64,000 bases of DNA from positions 5,704,001 to 5,768,000 of the forward strand of contig NC_043023.1 of the NCBI RefSeq assembly GCF_006345805.1, given 5' to 3'. The notes under the pieces were generated by a model, which ran no database searches, was not told where the DNA came from, and saw only the letters and a program-made list of their open reading frames with translations. This DNA comes from Octopus sinensis (Eukaryota). Shown here piece by piece: positions 12,736-26,209 of the stretch (the stretch's first letter is position 1; each line of letters begins with the position of its first letter). The translations under genes were made by a program, and so were the position numbers.

Positions 12736-13459
12736 TAAACAAAACAAGAAATTAGGAATTTTTGGGTATTGTTCCATAATTCTCAAATTTAATGTATTTT
12801 GATTCCTGAGACAACATACTGGATTGTAATAATGGAATAAGCAGATGTGTTTTAAGAGGAAACAGCCGGGGTTTACCCTAACTAACCACACAATAGGTAT
12901 GAAGGTATGCTGAAAAGTTTCTGGCTTTAAGGGTATTGCAAAAGGCCTGGTTGGAGCCCCTATCTTCTGAGTACTTTTTACAGGGTTTAGAAAACCGAAA
13001 GGACTGCTGCAATCACCATCATCATCATCATCATCGTTTAACGTCCGCTTTCCATGCTAGCATGGGTTGGATGGTTCAACTGGGGTCTGGGAAGCCCGAT
13101 GGCTGCACCAGGCCCAGTCAGATCTGGCAGTGTTTCTACGGCTGGATGCCCTTCCTAACGCGCAATAAGTATGTGAATCTGAGAGGGGAATATGTTGGAT
13201 AAAATCATAATTGTGGAGGCGCAATGGCCCAGTGGTTAGGGCAGCGGACTCGCAGTTGGAGGATCGTGGTTTCAATTCCCAGACCGGGTGTTGTGTGTGT
13301 TTATTGAGCGAAAACACCTAAAAGCTCCACGAGACTCCGGCAGGGAGCAGTGGCGACCCCTGTTGTACTCTTTCGCCCCAACTTTCTCTTACTCTTTCTT
13401 CTTGTTTCACACATACACACATATACATTTATACAGGATGTTCATGTAGAATTATCAGT

Positions 13460-13830
13460 GAGTGCCCAGTAAATGGTTGATGCAACGCTAAGGCCATGGT
13501 CTACAAAGCAGAGGTGGAGTCCACAAGAAGAAGGAACAATAGCAACAGCCATAACAACATAAGGACAGACACAGAAATATGTTGTAGCAATGGTGAGCAC
13601 CTGTAAAACCAGGTTAAACAACCATAGGTCCTTTTTTTAGGATTCCAGAGAGGTGCAAGTTATGATATTTGCCAGCTATAAAATAATGCTTAAAAGATTA
13701 GGAATTGCTGTACAGAATTAATTGGAAGTTGCTAGAACAGCTTGGGCCATACATCAACAGAAGCAGATGGTGCAAATTTTGATTGGACGAGAGGGCAATA
13801 ATCATAAAAAACTTGCACGATTTTGGTGCA
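13460..13830 (+). mobile_element. Penelope-like element GIY-YIG endonuclease remnant
   Basis: Broken frames read CPVNG*CNAKAMVYKAEV.. and KYVVAMVSTCKTRLNNHRSFFR, matching the PLE pattern CPLxGxC..VVYKA..YIG..FKxRxNNH. Confidence 0.7.
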
Positions 13831-14164
13831 TTCTTGAATTTAAAAAGTGGGAGTTTTTGTCAGTGCCCCCTTGATAGAAAATTTATTCTAGAAGCATGGT
13901 CTTCCCTGTTTGCAGACTAGTGAAGGAAAAAGTAAACACGTTCACTTATTTCAGACACGTCTGGAATCATTCAAGGGGAGGTAACTCTGTCCTTATCAGA
14001 ATTTTTTTTTCTTTCTTCCGGTACAGGGTTGTTTTCCGCTACCAAAGGGATCAGGACTATATGAGGTGTAGTCAAAAAGTATCTGACTTTTGGCAAAAAG
14101 ACAAGTAATATTAAAAAACTCACTATTTTGATTTAGTTTCTTTTAAACTTAAACATAACTCTGA

Positions 14165-14410
14165 GCACCTTTTCAAACTCCACCTGTCTAACACCCATGG
14201 GCATATTTACAAAGTCAGAAAACAGCACAGCTCCCGTGACTTTCGGAAGCATTTTTCCCCCTAAGAGTTGCTGAAGCATGGAACAAACTGCCAGCATCAG
14301 TTGTTAGTTGTCGGAGCACTGCATCCTTCAAAACTTCCATGCTTCCTGAGATTCGCCAACACTACACCTGATTTTCTCCCCTCCATACACACACAAGCAT
14401 GTATCTGACT
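14165..14410 (+). mobile_element. CR1/L2-type LINE 3' end
   Basis: Reads ..GHIYKVRKQHSSRDFRKHFFPLRVAEAWNKLPASVV..STASFK.., a typical CR1-superfamily ORF2 C-terminus. Confidence 0.75.
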
Positions 14411-14689
14411 CATGCATTGTTCGCTTTCCAGACATTTGTACATTACTGCATATGCTTTATGTGCACTTTCGACAAGTTGTGGTGCACCTGAGCACTGGAT
14501 ACAATAATTTCATTATCATTATTATTATTATAAAGTATTCACCCTGGGAGCATTTCGCCCAGTGTGCTAATGTTTCTGCCAGCTCACCTCTGTTCTAGTT
14601 GGACTGTCACATGTTCTATTTGGACTGACAGGGGAGACATTTCCCCACTGTGACTCCGAAAGTATTCACCTTGGGAGCGTTCCTTCCAC

Positions 14690-14990
14690 TGCTGGAAACA
14701 TTTCTAGAAATCACTTTTTGGGATGCTGTAGACTGTGCCGTCGAATTTTGCTTAATGTCTTCTGTGGCTCAAATCTTCTCCCTTTGAGTGCTTTTTCTTA
14801 GCTTTGGGAATAGCCAAAGGTCACACAAAGCCAAGTCTGGGGAGTAGGAAGCCTGATGAACAGGTGGTGTGTTTTTGCTTGACAAGGAATGCTTGAACGA
14901 TGTGAGTAGAATGAGTGGGGGTGTTGTCATGGTGGAGCTGCAAGTTCTTTGCTGCCCACAGGTTGGGTTGTTTTCACCACACAGCTCCAC
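14690..14990 (-). mobile_element. Mariner transposase C-terminal fragment
   Basis: QASYSPDLALCDLWLFPKL resembles the mariner YSPDLAPxDF.LF motif. Confidence 0.7.
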
Positions 14991-15420
14991 AAAGGCAATG
15001 AAGAACCACCATGTAGCAGCGAGCTGGCAGAAACGTTAGCCCGCTGGGCAAAATGCTTAGCGGTATTTCGTCTGTCGTTACGTTGTGAGTTCAAATTCCG
15101 CCGAGGTCAACTTTGCATTTCATCCTTTCGGGGTCGATAAATTAAGTACCAATTAAGTACCAAACTTAGTATAAATTAATAATTTAAATAATTTTTAAAA
15201 TTTTAACTTTAAATTTAAATAATTTAAATTTTGAATCTTATATTTTATATATTTTGTATTTTATATTAATTAATTTTATTTCTATGTATTGGTTTGTGTT
15301 TTTCATTGTTTGATTTGCCTAATAGTGGTTTTATCTCTAATTTAATATATATATATACATATATATATATATATGTATGTATCTATACATATATGTGTGT
15401 GTGTGTATGTACATACATAC

Positions 15421-15480
<60 letters not shown>

Positions 15481-15853
15481 TTAAACTATGAAGACGCATG
15501 GCTTACTGGTTAGGGTGTTACCCTCACAATTGTGAGATCGTGGTTTATATTCCCAGACCAGGATTTGTGTTGTGGTTATGAGCAGAAACACTTCATTTCA
15601 CATTGCTCTCAGATAATTCTGTCTTATGATGTTTGGCACATGACGCACCTGTACAGGTAATGTTGATTTGACGGAGGGAATGCACCTATGCAGACACAAA
15701 CGAGACCGACAGAATAAGTACCAGGCTTTAAAAGAAATAATAATAAGGTTGATTCATTTGAGTCGTCAAAGAATTCTTTAGGGCAGCACTGCAGTTTGGT
15801 TAAAGAAGATGAAGAAATATAAAGGCACAGAATATATTATTGATGGAACTTAC

Positions 15854-15963
15854 CTCATTCCTGGTTTGCAGTAAATCTGCATTTTCTGCAGCACCATCTC
15901 AGAGATGAGGCGTCGGTCCTCCTCTTGAGTCTCCCCTAACAGAACCATTGATGAGTCGTTTAC
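15854..15963 (-). CDS. Syn: Synapsin exon 10: VNDSSMVLLGETQEEDRRLISEMVLQKMQIYCKPGM(S)
   Basis: Acceptor CTAATTACAG|GTA, donor AG|GTAAGT, 110 nt; end of the C domain. Confidence 0.96.
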
Positions 15964-17136
15964 CTGTAATTAGTGCAAGGCAGGTGAGGAAGAGAGAGAA
16001 AGAGAGAGAAAGAGAGATTTTATTAGTTTTAAGCTACTGATGTTTGTGGTAGTGGTGGTGGTAGCGATGGTGGTGATGTTGTTTGGTGTTGTTGTTAGTC
16101 TGGTGCTGACATTGTTGTGGTGTTCATGTTGGTGTTGTGTGGTGGTCATGTTTTGTTTGTGGTGTTGTTGCTGTTGTAATAGTGTTGTTGTTGTTGTTGC
16201 AATAGTGGTATGAATTATTGCTGTTGTGGTAAGGGAGAGCTGTTATGGCAGTAGTGTTGTGGTAGATGAAGTGTTGTGCTGGTAGTTGAGATGGTTGAGG
16301 CGATGGTGGTGGCAGTGGTGGTTGTGTTGGTGATGGTGGTGGTAATTGAGATGGTTGTGGTGGTGGTAGCAGTGGTGGTTGTGTTGGTGATGGTGGTGGT
16401 AATTGAGATGGTTGTGGTGGTGGTAGCAGTGGTGGTTGTGTTGGTGATGGTGGTGGTGATGGTTGTAGTGGTGATGTCTTGGTGGTGGTAGTTTTGTGGT
16501 GGTAGTCATGGTGGTGGTGATGGTGGTTGTGACAATTGTAGTGGTGGTGGCGGTGATGGTGGTATTGGGCATGTGGGTGGTGGAGGTGGTGTTGCAGTGG
16601 TTGCATGGGTTTGATATGTTGCTGTTGTTCTTGTGGTGGTAGTAATGGTTGAGGTGGTGGTGTTACTGCTATTGTTGTAGCGCTAATAGTATTTATGTTG
16701 ATATAGTTGCTGTCATTGTTGCTTTTGTTATCCACATACATACATACAAATACCCACACACACACACAGAGAAACACAGACACACAGACACAGACACACT
16801 CTCTCACACACATACACTCACATACAGAAGCACAGAAACACACACACAACACACACAGAAACACAGACACACACACACTCTCTCACACACATACACTCAC
16901 ACACAGAAGCACAGAAACACACACACACACACACACACAGAAACACACACAGACACACACACTTACACTGTCTCATACACATACACACGGACACACACAC
17001 GCACAAACACATGCACACTCACACACAGAAGCACACAAACACATACACACACATAGAAACACATACACACACACACACAGAAGCACATAAACACACACAC
17101 ACAGATACACACACACACACACACTAGCTGTCTTAC

Positions 17137-17239
17137 CTCAATGACATATTCACGGCCATCTTTACCCTGCAGGGCTTCCACAGCTACAATATCCAGACCT
17201 CCAAACATTTGGCTGCACTCATCAACCCACAGCTTATAT
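17137..17239 (-). CDS. Syn: Synapsin exon 9: (R)[34 protein letters not shown]
   Basis: Acceptor GTATTACAG|A, donor GAG|GTAAGA, 103 nt. Confidence 0.97.
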
Positions 17240-17278
17240 CTGTAATACAATGGGGGACAGGCAAAGGATCAGTGGCAA

Positions 17279-17690
17279 TTTTATTACTTTATTGCCCACA
17301 AGGGGCTACAAATAGAGGGGACAAACAAGGACAGACAAACGGATTAAGTCGATTATATCGACCCCAGTACGTAACTGGTACTTAATTTATCAACCCTGAA
17401 AGGATGAAAGCAAAGTCGACCTCGGTGGAATTTGAACTCAGAATGTAACAGCAGATGAAATACCTATTTCTTTACTGCCCACAAGGGGCTAAACACAGAG
17501 AGGACAAACGAGGACAGACAAATGGATTAAGTCAATTATATCGACCCCAGTGCGTAACTGGTACTTATTTTATCGACCCTGAAAGGATGAAAGGCAAAGT
17601 CGACCTCAGCGGAATTTGAACTCAGAACGTAGTGGTAGACGAAATACCGCTAAGCATTTTGCCCGGCATGCTAACATTTCTGCCAGTGGC
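17279..17690 (-). mobile_element. SINE with a head-to-tail duplicated 184-bp 3' unit (2 units)
   Basis: Junction GAAATACC|TATTTCTTTAC at ~17464. Confidence 0.85.
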
Positions 17691-18419
17691 AATCTTACTG
17701 AATGAAAACCCCTCTATAGCCCCTAACTTAGCAGTTTACATATGTAAAAGAAAAAGGGTAGGGTTTGACAGGGGTTTATGTATCTATGGATGTGAACGTA
17801 ACTTTATTTGATGAAAGGGGACAGGCACTGTGACATGGGGTCTGGTAGGTCTGACATAACTGTCTCTGACCCCATGACATACTGTTTGTCCCCTTTGTAT
17901 TGGAGTAAGTGATAGAAAGGGGACTAGTAGTGTGCCATGGGGTCAGAGAGGTTTGAAATAACAGAACCCTAATGGACCCTATTACTATTGTGATAGGAAA
18001 AGGACAAGTATGCCATGGGTTCAGAGAGGTCTGACATAACAGAACCCTTAACATAAAGGTGGTTGGGTCAAAAAGAGGTGGGTGTGGAAAAAGGAGAAGG
18101 GGTGAAAGATGAAAGGTGGGGTGGAGCAAAAGAGAAGGAGAGGGACAAGAAGAAATGGAGTGAGACTAAAAGAGGTAGAGTGGGGGAAAGAAAGGAGAAG
18201 TGGAGTGAGGCAATGGAGAAGGTGGGGCAAAGAGAAGCAGGGTGGGAGATGGAAAGTATGGGTGTGGAAAAACAAGGAGGAGTTAAGAAGAGGTGGAGGC
18301 AAAGCAAGAAGATGTAGCTGGGGGCAGAGTATTCCACTAATATTGTCTTTTTGGGGTGAATGAGGGATGATCAGGTATTTGTCAGTTTGGGAGCCTGTGC
18401 CCAAACAAATAGTGTGTGT

Positions 18420-18985
18420 CATCATTATCATTGTTCGACCGTGGTCGAGACAATGGAATTTACCATGCTACGCCAGACTTCACGGTCCATCATGGCATTA
18501 CGGAGGTCCTGTTGCTGGATGCCTGTATCCCTGGAGATTACATCAGGGTAGGAGAGTGTGTGCCCTCTGGTATTGCGAGTAGATGGCTTCCAGAGGAGAA
18601 GAGTAGAAATTACTTCTTTTTCAGCTCTACAACAATGTCCAGCAAACTGGACTCTCCTACCTTTCACAAGAGATGACACTGGTGGTAGTTTCCCATATAT
18701 TTGCATTTTGGTTGGATGGCGCTTCCACGAGAGATTTTGAGCTCTCATAAGGAGGCGAGTGTAGGCTCCATCCAACCGCCTCTCAAGCTTCTTTGATAAC
18801 GTCCAGGTTTCTGAGCCATATAGTAGAATTGGTTCAACTGTGGCTTTGAAGATTTCAAGTTTAAGTCTCTACTTAGATTTGATGACCAGATCTTATGCAT
18901 ATCATTGCAGGCTGACCAGGCCATACTCTTTCTAGTTAGAAAGTCTTTTCCAGATATGTATGACCCAAGATATTTGAAATAAGTG
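18420..18985 (-). mobile_element. RTE-clade LINE 3' fragment with (TGA)n tail
   Basis: DGAYTRLLMRAQNLSW..RRVQFAGHCCR..; a near-identical copy lies at 35062-35455. Confidence 0.85.
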
Positions 18986-19050
18986 TGTGTGTGGTCAGTT
19001 ACTAATGTAGTCAGCTACTAACCAGGGGCCGAAGGAAGTGACCTACTCAC

Positions 19051-19125
19051 CTGTCATTCATAGCTATCTGTTCCAGCATTGCTGACCCGGTGTTGGCTTT
19101 CCAGTTTCCTGATATGGATTTGCGG
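19051..19125 (-). CDS. Syn: Synapsin exon 8: (I)[24 protein letters not shown](R)
   Basis: Acceptor CTATTTTACAG|C, donor AG|GTGAGT, 75 nt. Confidence 0.97.
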
Positions 19126-19544
19126 CTGTAAAATAGAAAAATTAAAAAGAATGAGGGTGTGTGTGTGTGTGTGTGTTTGTCATCCCACCACTGTTATGCA
19201 AAGACACACACACATACACATATATACAACGGACTTCTTCCAGTTTCCATCTACCAAATCCACTCACAAGGCTTTGGTCTACCCAAAGCTATAGTAGAAG
19301 ACACTTGCCCAAGGTGCCATGCAGTGGAACTGAACCCAGAACCATGTGGTTGAGAAGCAAGTTTCTAACCCCACAGCCACACCTACTCCATGCAGGTAAC
19401 TGCTGATTGTCTTAGATTATCTCCCCCTTTTCCTTCTGAATCAGCTGCAATTGCTGCTAGGTTCTTGTTTCCTTTCTCTTGAAGCAAAGGAAACTGCAGT
19501 TGATCAAGAATTTATCTTGCATGGTATTTAGTACACCCTTGTGT

Positions 19545-20500
19545 TGTCTCTCTCTCTCTCTTTCTCCCTTTTTCTCTCTCAATTTATTCCTCTCTCTCTG
19601 CCTCCCTTTCTCCCTCTTTCCCTCTACTCTTCTTCTCTTGCTCTCTCCATCTTTCTCTCTCTCTCTTTCTTTCTCTCTCTATATCTCTCCATTTCCATCC
19701 CCTTCTCTCTTCCTGTCTTTCTTGCTCCATCTCTCTATCTCCCCTTCAAAATCCATCTACTCTCTTTCTCTTGTCGTCTCTCTCCATCTTTCTCTCTCTC
19801 CCTTGTTGTCTCTCTCCATCTCTCTCTCATCATACCTCTCCATTTCCCTCTCTTCTTCTCTTCCTCTCCCTCTACTAGTCTCTCTCATGTTTCTCTCCCC
19901 ATCTCTTCCTTTCTCTGTTTCTCTACTCTTTCTCTCTCACTCTATCTCTTTTTTGCTATCTCACTCTCTCTATATCTCTCTCTCTTGTTCCATCTCTTCA
20001 TCTCTCTCTCCCCATCTCTTTTCTCTCTCTCTTTCATTCCATCTCTCTCGCTCTCTTTACTCTCTCTCCAGCCTCCTCTCCTTTCTCTTTCTTTATCTCT
20101 TCCTCCCCCTCTCTACTCTGTCTCATTCTCCCCCTCTCTATTCTCATTCTCCTCCTCTCTATTCTCATTCTCCCCCTCTCTACTCTGTCTCTTCCTCCCC
20201 TCTCTAATCTGTCTCATTCTCCCACTCTCTTTCTATCTTCTCTATCTTGTCCCCTCTCTTTCTATCTCTCTCTACTCCCTCTCCATCTCATCCTCTCTAC
20301 CTCTCTCTCGCCTCATCTCTCTCTACTCTTTCTCTTTTCCACCCTTCTCTCTCTCACCCCATCTCTTCTGCCCCCTCTCCCCTCTCTATTCTTCCTCTCC
20401 TCTCTCCCTCTACTCCTTTCTCTCACTCCATCTCTCTACACTTTCTCTCCTGCTCTCTTCTTCTCCCCATCTCCCCTCTCTCCGTCCTCCTCCTCACTCT
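19545..20500. repeat. ~950-bp CT-rich low-complexity tract directly downstream of the exon 7 donor
   Basis: Almost purely pyrimidine on the + strand. Confidence 0.9.
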
Positions 20501-20506
20501 ACTTAC

Positions 20507-20649
20507 ATGAATGCCTTGTAATTGTTGCCTATCTTCTGCACACGGATGTCGTACTTGCAGTCAATGAATGGCTCTGTGGTGGCATACGTCTTGGTCACAG
20601 CCACGACACTGGAGATGTCTTGGAAGGCATGATGGTGGTCGATCTTCAC
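20507..20649 (-). CDS. Syn: Synapsin exon 7: [47 protein letters not shown](I)
   Basis: Acceptor TATTTGCAG|GTG, donor AT|GTAAGT, 143 nt. Confidence 0.97.
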
Positions 20650-20689
20650 CTGCAAATACACACAAACACACAAACGTATATATATATAT

Positions 20690-21270
20690 AGTCCTTTCTA
20701 CAATAGGCACAAGGTCTGAAATTTGGAGGGGTGGGGTAAGTCAATTTCATTGAGCCCAGTGCGTAACCGGTACTTAATTTATCGACCCTGAAAGGATGAA
20801 AGGCAAAGTCGACTTCGGTGGAATTTGAACTCAGAACATAGCAGCAGACGAAATACCTATTTCTTTACTACCCACAAGGGGCTAAACACAGAGAGGACAG
20901 ACATGGACAGACAAACGGATTAAGTCAATTATATCGACCCCAGTGCGTAACTGGTACTTATTTAATCGACCCCGAAAGGATGAAAGGCAAAGTCGACCTC
21001 AGCGAAATTTGAACTCAGAACGTTGCAACAGGCGAAATACCTATTTCCTTACTACCCACAAGGGGCTAAACACAGAGAGGACAAACAAGGACAGACAAAC
21101 GGATTAAGTCGATTATATCGACCCTAGTGCATAACTGGTACTTAATTTATCCACCCCGAAAGGATGAAAGGCAAAGTTGACCTCGGTGGAATTTGAACTC
21201 AGAATTTAATGGCAGACGAAATACAGCTACGCATTTCGCCCGGTGTGCTAACGTTTCTGCCAGCTCACCA
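20690..21270 (-). mobile_element. SINE concatemer, three 184-bp units
   Basis: Identical junctions at ~20857 and ~21041. Confidence 0.85.
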
Positions 21271-21292
21271 CCTTACACACATATAATACATA

Positions 21293-21850
21293 TATTGGGT
21301 TGTCTGGAATGTTCATGCCGACTTTTAAAGGAAAGAAAAAGGTCAATAAATACTTGCCATTACATTTTTAATCAACCAAATATGAACCATTTTGTTGCAC
21401 AGTGTGTCTCTATCTTTCCTTTAACTTGAAAATACTCTCTTCCCAGAACTGAGGTGGTTTCATGGCAAAGAATTCATCAAGGTATCTTTTTACATCATCC
21501 AAGGAATTGAAATTTTTACCATTAAGACTATTCTGCAGAGACCTGAATAGGTGAAAACCTAAAGGAGCAATATCTGGTGAATATGGAGGGTGGGGTAACA
21601 CATCCCAGCCGAGCTGCAGCAATTTTTGTCTGGTTCCCAAAGCATCAAGTACCGAAAACGAACTTTCTTATCTTCCATTTTAAAGGGTTACAGAATTAAC
21701 ACAGGTTATAGGAACATAAACCTTCTTCCACGAAAAGATAGCTTAAACTGTGCTCTAAATGGAGGTGTAGTCAAATCCTATTTTTTGGACTCAACCATGT
21801 TCGAAATAAGTCGAAAGATAATCAGCATGAACTTTCCAGACAACCCAATA
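21293..21850 (-). mobile_element. Non-autonomous mariner deletion derivative (~560 bp)
   Basis: TA-flanked TIRs TTGGGTTGTC.GGAA../..TTCC.GACAACCCAA; carries WDVLPHPPYSPDIAP..HLFRSLQ. Confidence 0.92.
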
Positions 21851-21949
21851 TATATATTAATGATGTAAACATACATAAATACATACATACATATGGTATA
21901 CTTATGTATCAAACCACTTTCTCTATCATTTAGTCATAAGAATAGGTCT

Positions 21950-22260
21950 CTGAAAGTTTTATGGTTCACCCCTTCCCCTTCTCCCTTAATGTTAGGACAA
22001 AGGTAGGTAGAAGATTCTTGTACTTAATAGATATCCACTTTCGTAGAACCCATAAATATAATAAATTCTTTAACAGGTACATGGTTAAAATTACCTTTTC
22101 TTGTCCCCCTAATGTTAAGTCAAATATCAATAAAGCAACAGATAACTCAAGCCATCCCAGGAAGTACATGTAGAGACAAATATAAATGTCCCCTAGGTAG
22201 AAATGTGGTAAATACACTATTGTTTATGATGTTTAGGTTTCAGTGAACTATGGCAATGGG
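21950..22260 (+). mobile_element. Penelope-like element remnant (RT thumb/linker to start of GIY-YIG)
   Basis: PFSLNVRTKVGRRFLYLIDIHF..HKYNKFFNR..VKITFSCPPN, then CPLG..CGKYTIVYDV. Confidence 0.8.
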
Positions 22261-22293
22261 CAAACTAAAATCAAACATTATACTGGACCAGTG

Positions 22294-22362
<69 letters not shown>

Positions 22363-22500
22363 TAAAGAGAGTGTATTTTTGCCTTGTTAACAATTAACAA
22401 TTAATATTGTTTTTTCAAACAATATTGATAGCGTCCAGTAAATCACTATACATATCCATCATTTTTTACTAAAATGTCTTACTGACGAGTTTCGTTTTTC

Positions 22501-22587
22501 ACTTCCCTGAAGAGAAGATTGCATTGTTTTAAACCATTTATTCTTTTGAATAATATCAGTGAAATCTTCGAAACATGTGTCGAAAGT
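22501..22587 (+). ncRNA. Type I hammerhead ribozyme motif with long stem II, PLE-associated
   Basis: ACUUCC-CUGAAGA-GAAGAUU..AAUCUUC-GAAA-C(AUGU)G-UC-GAAAGU; ~250 bp downstream of a PLE remnant. Confidence 0.7.
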
Positions 22588-23173
22588 AAAAGTATTTAAT
22601 TTATAACTGTGTTAAACTCCATACGTAAGAAATAAATAAGAGTCAGTTGAATTATGTGATTAAGTTGAGGCACCAAGTCAGTCCAGTATTGTCCATACAG
22701 TTCGAAGTTAGGTGAATAAAAAGCAAATAAGTAACAAGAATGTCCAGGTATCAGTGCATTACAGCCGTTTCAGGTGGCTCCATTTAATCAATCAATGCAA
22801 ATATTTGAATTAACTCGCTTTCCTTGGATGCCTAAGACTACATAGGTTTTCAACATACAGGAAAGTCCATTATAATGCTTTAGCAATTGCTTTTTATATG
22901 TATTTATGTATGTACAGTTCTCACACATACACACAAAATGCACACACACACACACACTTCTTACTGGGAGCCATTGTACTGCTCTCATGGACTGGTGTTC
23001 ATTTAAATCATTTGTCTTGGTTTCTTTACTGGACATCGTTTTCTTCACCGGCCACTTTACAGAATGCACTGGCTGCAATGTCGTGTGGCACCAGCACAGG
23101 AGAGGTTGTCAAGTTCCCAGTGAGACAAAACAAGAAAGATTTCTCAACCCTGCATTTATATATAAGATAATAA

Positions 23174-23229
<56 letters not shown>

Positions 23230-23247
23230 ATAAATGTGAATACTGAC

Positions 23248-23310
23248 CTTTCCCATACCAGAATGAGCATGTCCAATCTTCACCACAACTGGAAATTTTG
23301 GAGTGACCAG
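23248..23310 (-). CDS. Syn: Synapsin exon 6: LVTPKFPVVVKIGHAHSGMGK
   Basis: Acceptor TTTCTCCCTCAG|CTG, donor AAG|GTCAGT, 63 nt; conserved GHAHSGMGK loop. Confidence 0.97.
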
Positions 23311-23718
23311 CTGAGGGAGAAAAACATTGGTGTAGTGTTAGTGTCTCTTGATCAATAAAACTGGTCATTTAAAGAAGGTAGAATCATGGAGAAATAACAA
23401 CAACAACAACAATAATAATGATGACGATGATGATGATGTTGATAATTGGAAATGACATGAGGGTAGAGTATGCCCCCAAAAATTGCTCTATTGGAGACAG
23501 CTAGACTTTTGGGATTGGTGCTTGGGTGTTGAGTATCCTCCATGATACTTAACATCCAAATACTGAGTCTTATAATTTGTGGTAAGAGACCCTGTCAGAC
23601 CTCTGACAACAGGTTGTTGTCTGCTCTCAAAGAATCAACCAGAGTAAGTAAGACCTCTGTGAAGTAAAATATAATGATGATGATGATGATGATAATGATG
23701 ATGATGATGATGATGATG

Positions 23719-24382
<664 letters not shown>

Positions 24383-24884
24383 TAATAATATAATAATAAT
24401 ACGCCAGAAAAGGGGAATGCACACATACATATGGATAGATTCTAAATAGATTATTTTAGTAATCCACAATAACAAAGAAGTCAAAATCAAGTAGACAAAC
24501 TAGCTAAGTGTACTTGGTATGTATTGCCTTTCGACAAAATGGCCAGATGTTTCAACTTCCATTTCATCAGAGAAGACTCTTCTCTGAACAGATGAAAGTT
24601 ACATATATGAATACATATATGTCAACAACAATGAACAATGGAATGTATAAAGTGTAAGAATAAATAGAGTAGTGGCTGAAAATTGAATCAGGAATAAAAA
24701 ATGTCCAAGCAATGGAAAATTGAATAAAGGAAACTGCAAAAATGCCTACATGCAATTTTTAAAAACTTGTGAACCTGTGAGTTGAAATATAGCACAGGTT
24801 AGAATGTATGAACATGCATGTGAGTGTATATTTAGGTATGTGTATGTGTGTGTGGGTGGGTGTATATACATACATTTAAATATA

Positions 24885-24976
<92 letters not shown>

Positions 24977-25727
24977 CTAATGTAGGATAAAATATTTTTT
25001 CAAAAAAATTTTTCCAAAAAAATTTATCAATGGCCAGCATATTAAAAAATACCTTAAAGGTTAAAATTATAAATACTTCAAAATAAGGGCAACGAAAAAA
25101 TTTTTTGTTTGCCTTTATTTATGAATTGTTTATATGTATATATATATACATATATATATCATATATATGTATATATAATATATATGTGTGTATATATTAG
25201 GTATACTTATAATATATATGTTATACACATACATACATATATACATACATACTAGGAGAGGTTGAAAAGTTCTTGGCTTTGGGTAAAAGAAAATGCAGGA
25301 GGATCAGTTAATTATGATTTTATTTAACATATTCCACTCTAGGGTTCACACACTTATTGCAGTGGCCCTTCAGTTTTTCTAAGACCTGTAAAAGAACTTG
25401 GATGTTTAGGCCTTCAACCAGGCCTTTCATGATAGCCTTAAACTTTTCAACACACCCTCATATATATATATATAAACAAATAAAAATGTATGTGTGTTTA
25501 GGGTTCTGTATGAGTGTGTAGATATTACACACATAATATGAATGTATTTTACCTGTGCATGTAAAAGTTATAGGGAATTTTAGAGCAATATATAGATACA
25601 TGTATCTATATATTGTAATTAATAGTCTGTGTATATATTAGTGAGTATGAATATTACAAAATTAGTGCACAAAAATGCATGCAGTGTTTGTGTATACACT
25701 GAACATAGAAATATACATACCTATATA

Positions 25728-25770
<43 letters not shown>

Positions 25771-25781
25771 TTGTGTGTGTG

Positions 25782-25817
<36 letters not shown>

Positions 25818-26067
25818 ATAAGCTATTCTCAAATGCAGACAGATGACAGATTTTCTGGCTGTTGACAGATTTTTCTGCAAATCATGGATAATTTATCCTG
25901 TTCATGCTATTATATTATTATTATTATTATTATTTTGTGTCTGAGAATAAATTATTTCCTTATTTGTATCTTTCTAATATATCTCAACGCTTCTAAAGTA
26001 AACTTTGTTTCTTTACTTTGATTGTAAGTTGAGTATATATATATATACATATATACATATACATATA

Positions 26068-26209
26068 GTGGTTGTATACTGTCAACTTAACATGACAGTC
26101 CTGTAAGGGAATTACACCACCGCTATTTAGCCCTAGGAAGCATTGACTAAACAGTGGTGGTGTAATTCCCTTACGGGACTGCCATGTTAAGTTGACAGTA
26201 TACAACCAC
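26068..26209. repeat. Foldback inverted repeat, 63-bp arms with 4 mismatches and a 16-nt loop (probable MITE)
   Basis: Arms 26068-26130 and 26147-26209 checked base by base. Confidence 0.95.

Noticed and set aside
24530-24590. CTGATGA..GAAAC motif on the minus strand
   Set aside because: Stem II is weak and the triplet is GGC, not NUH; a dead relic at best.
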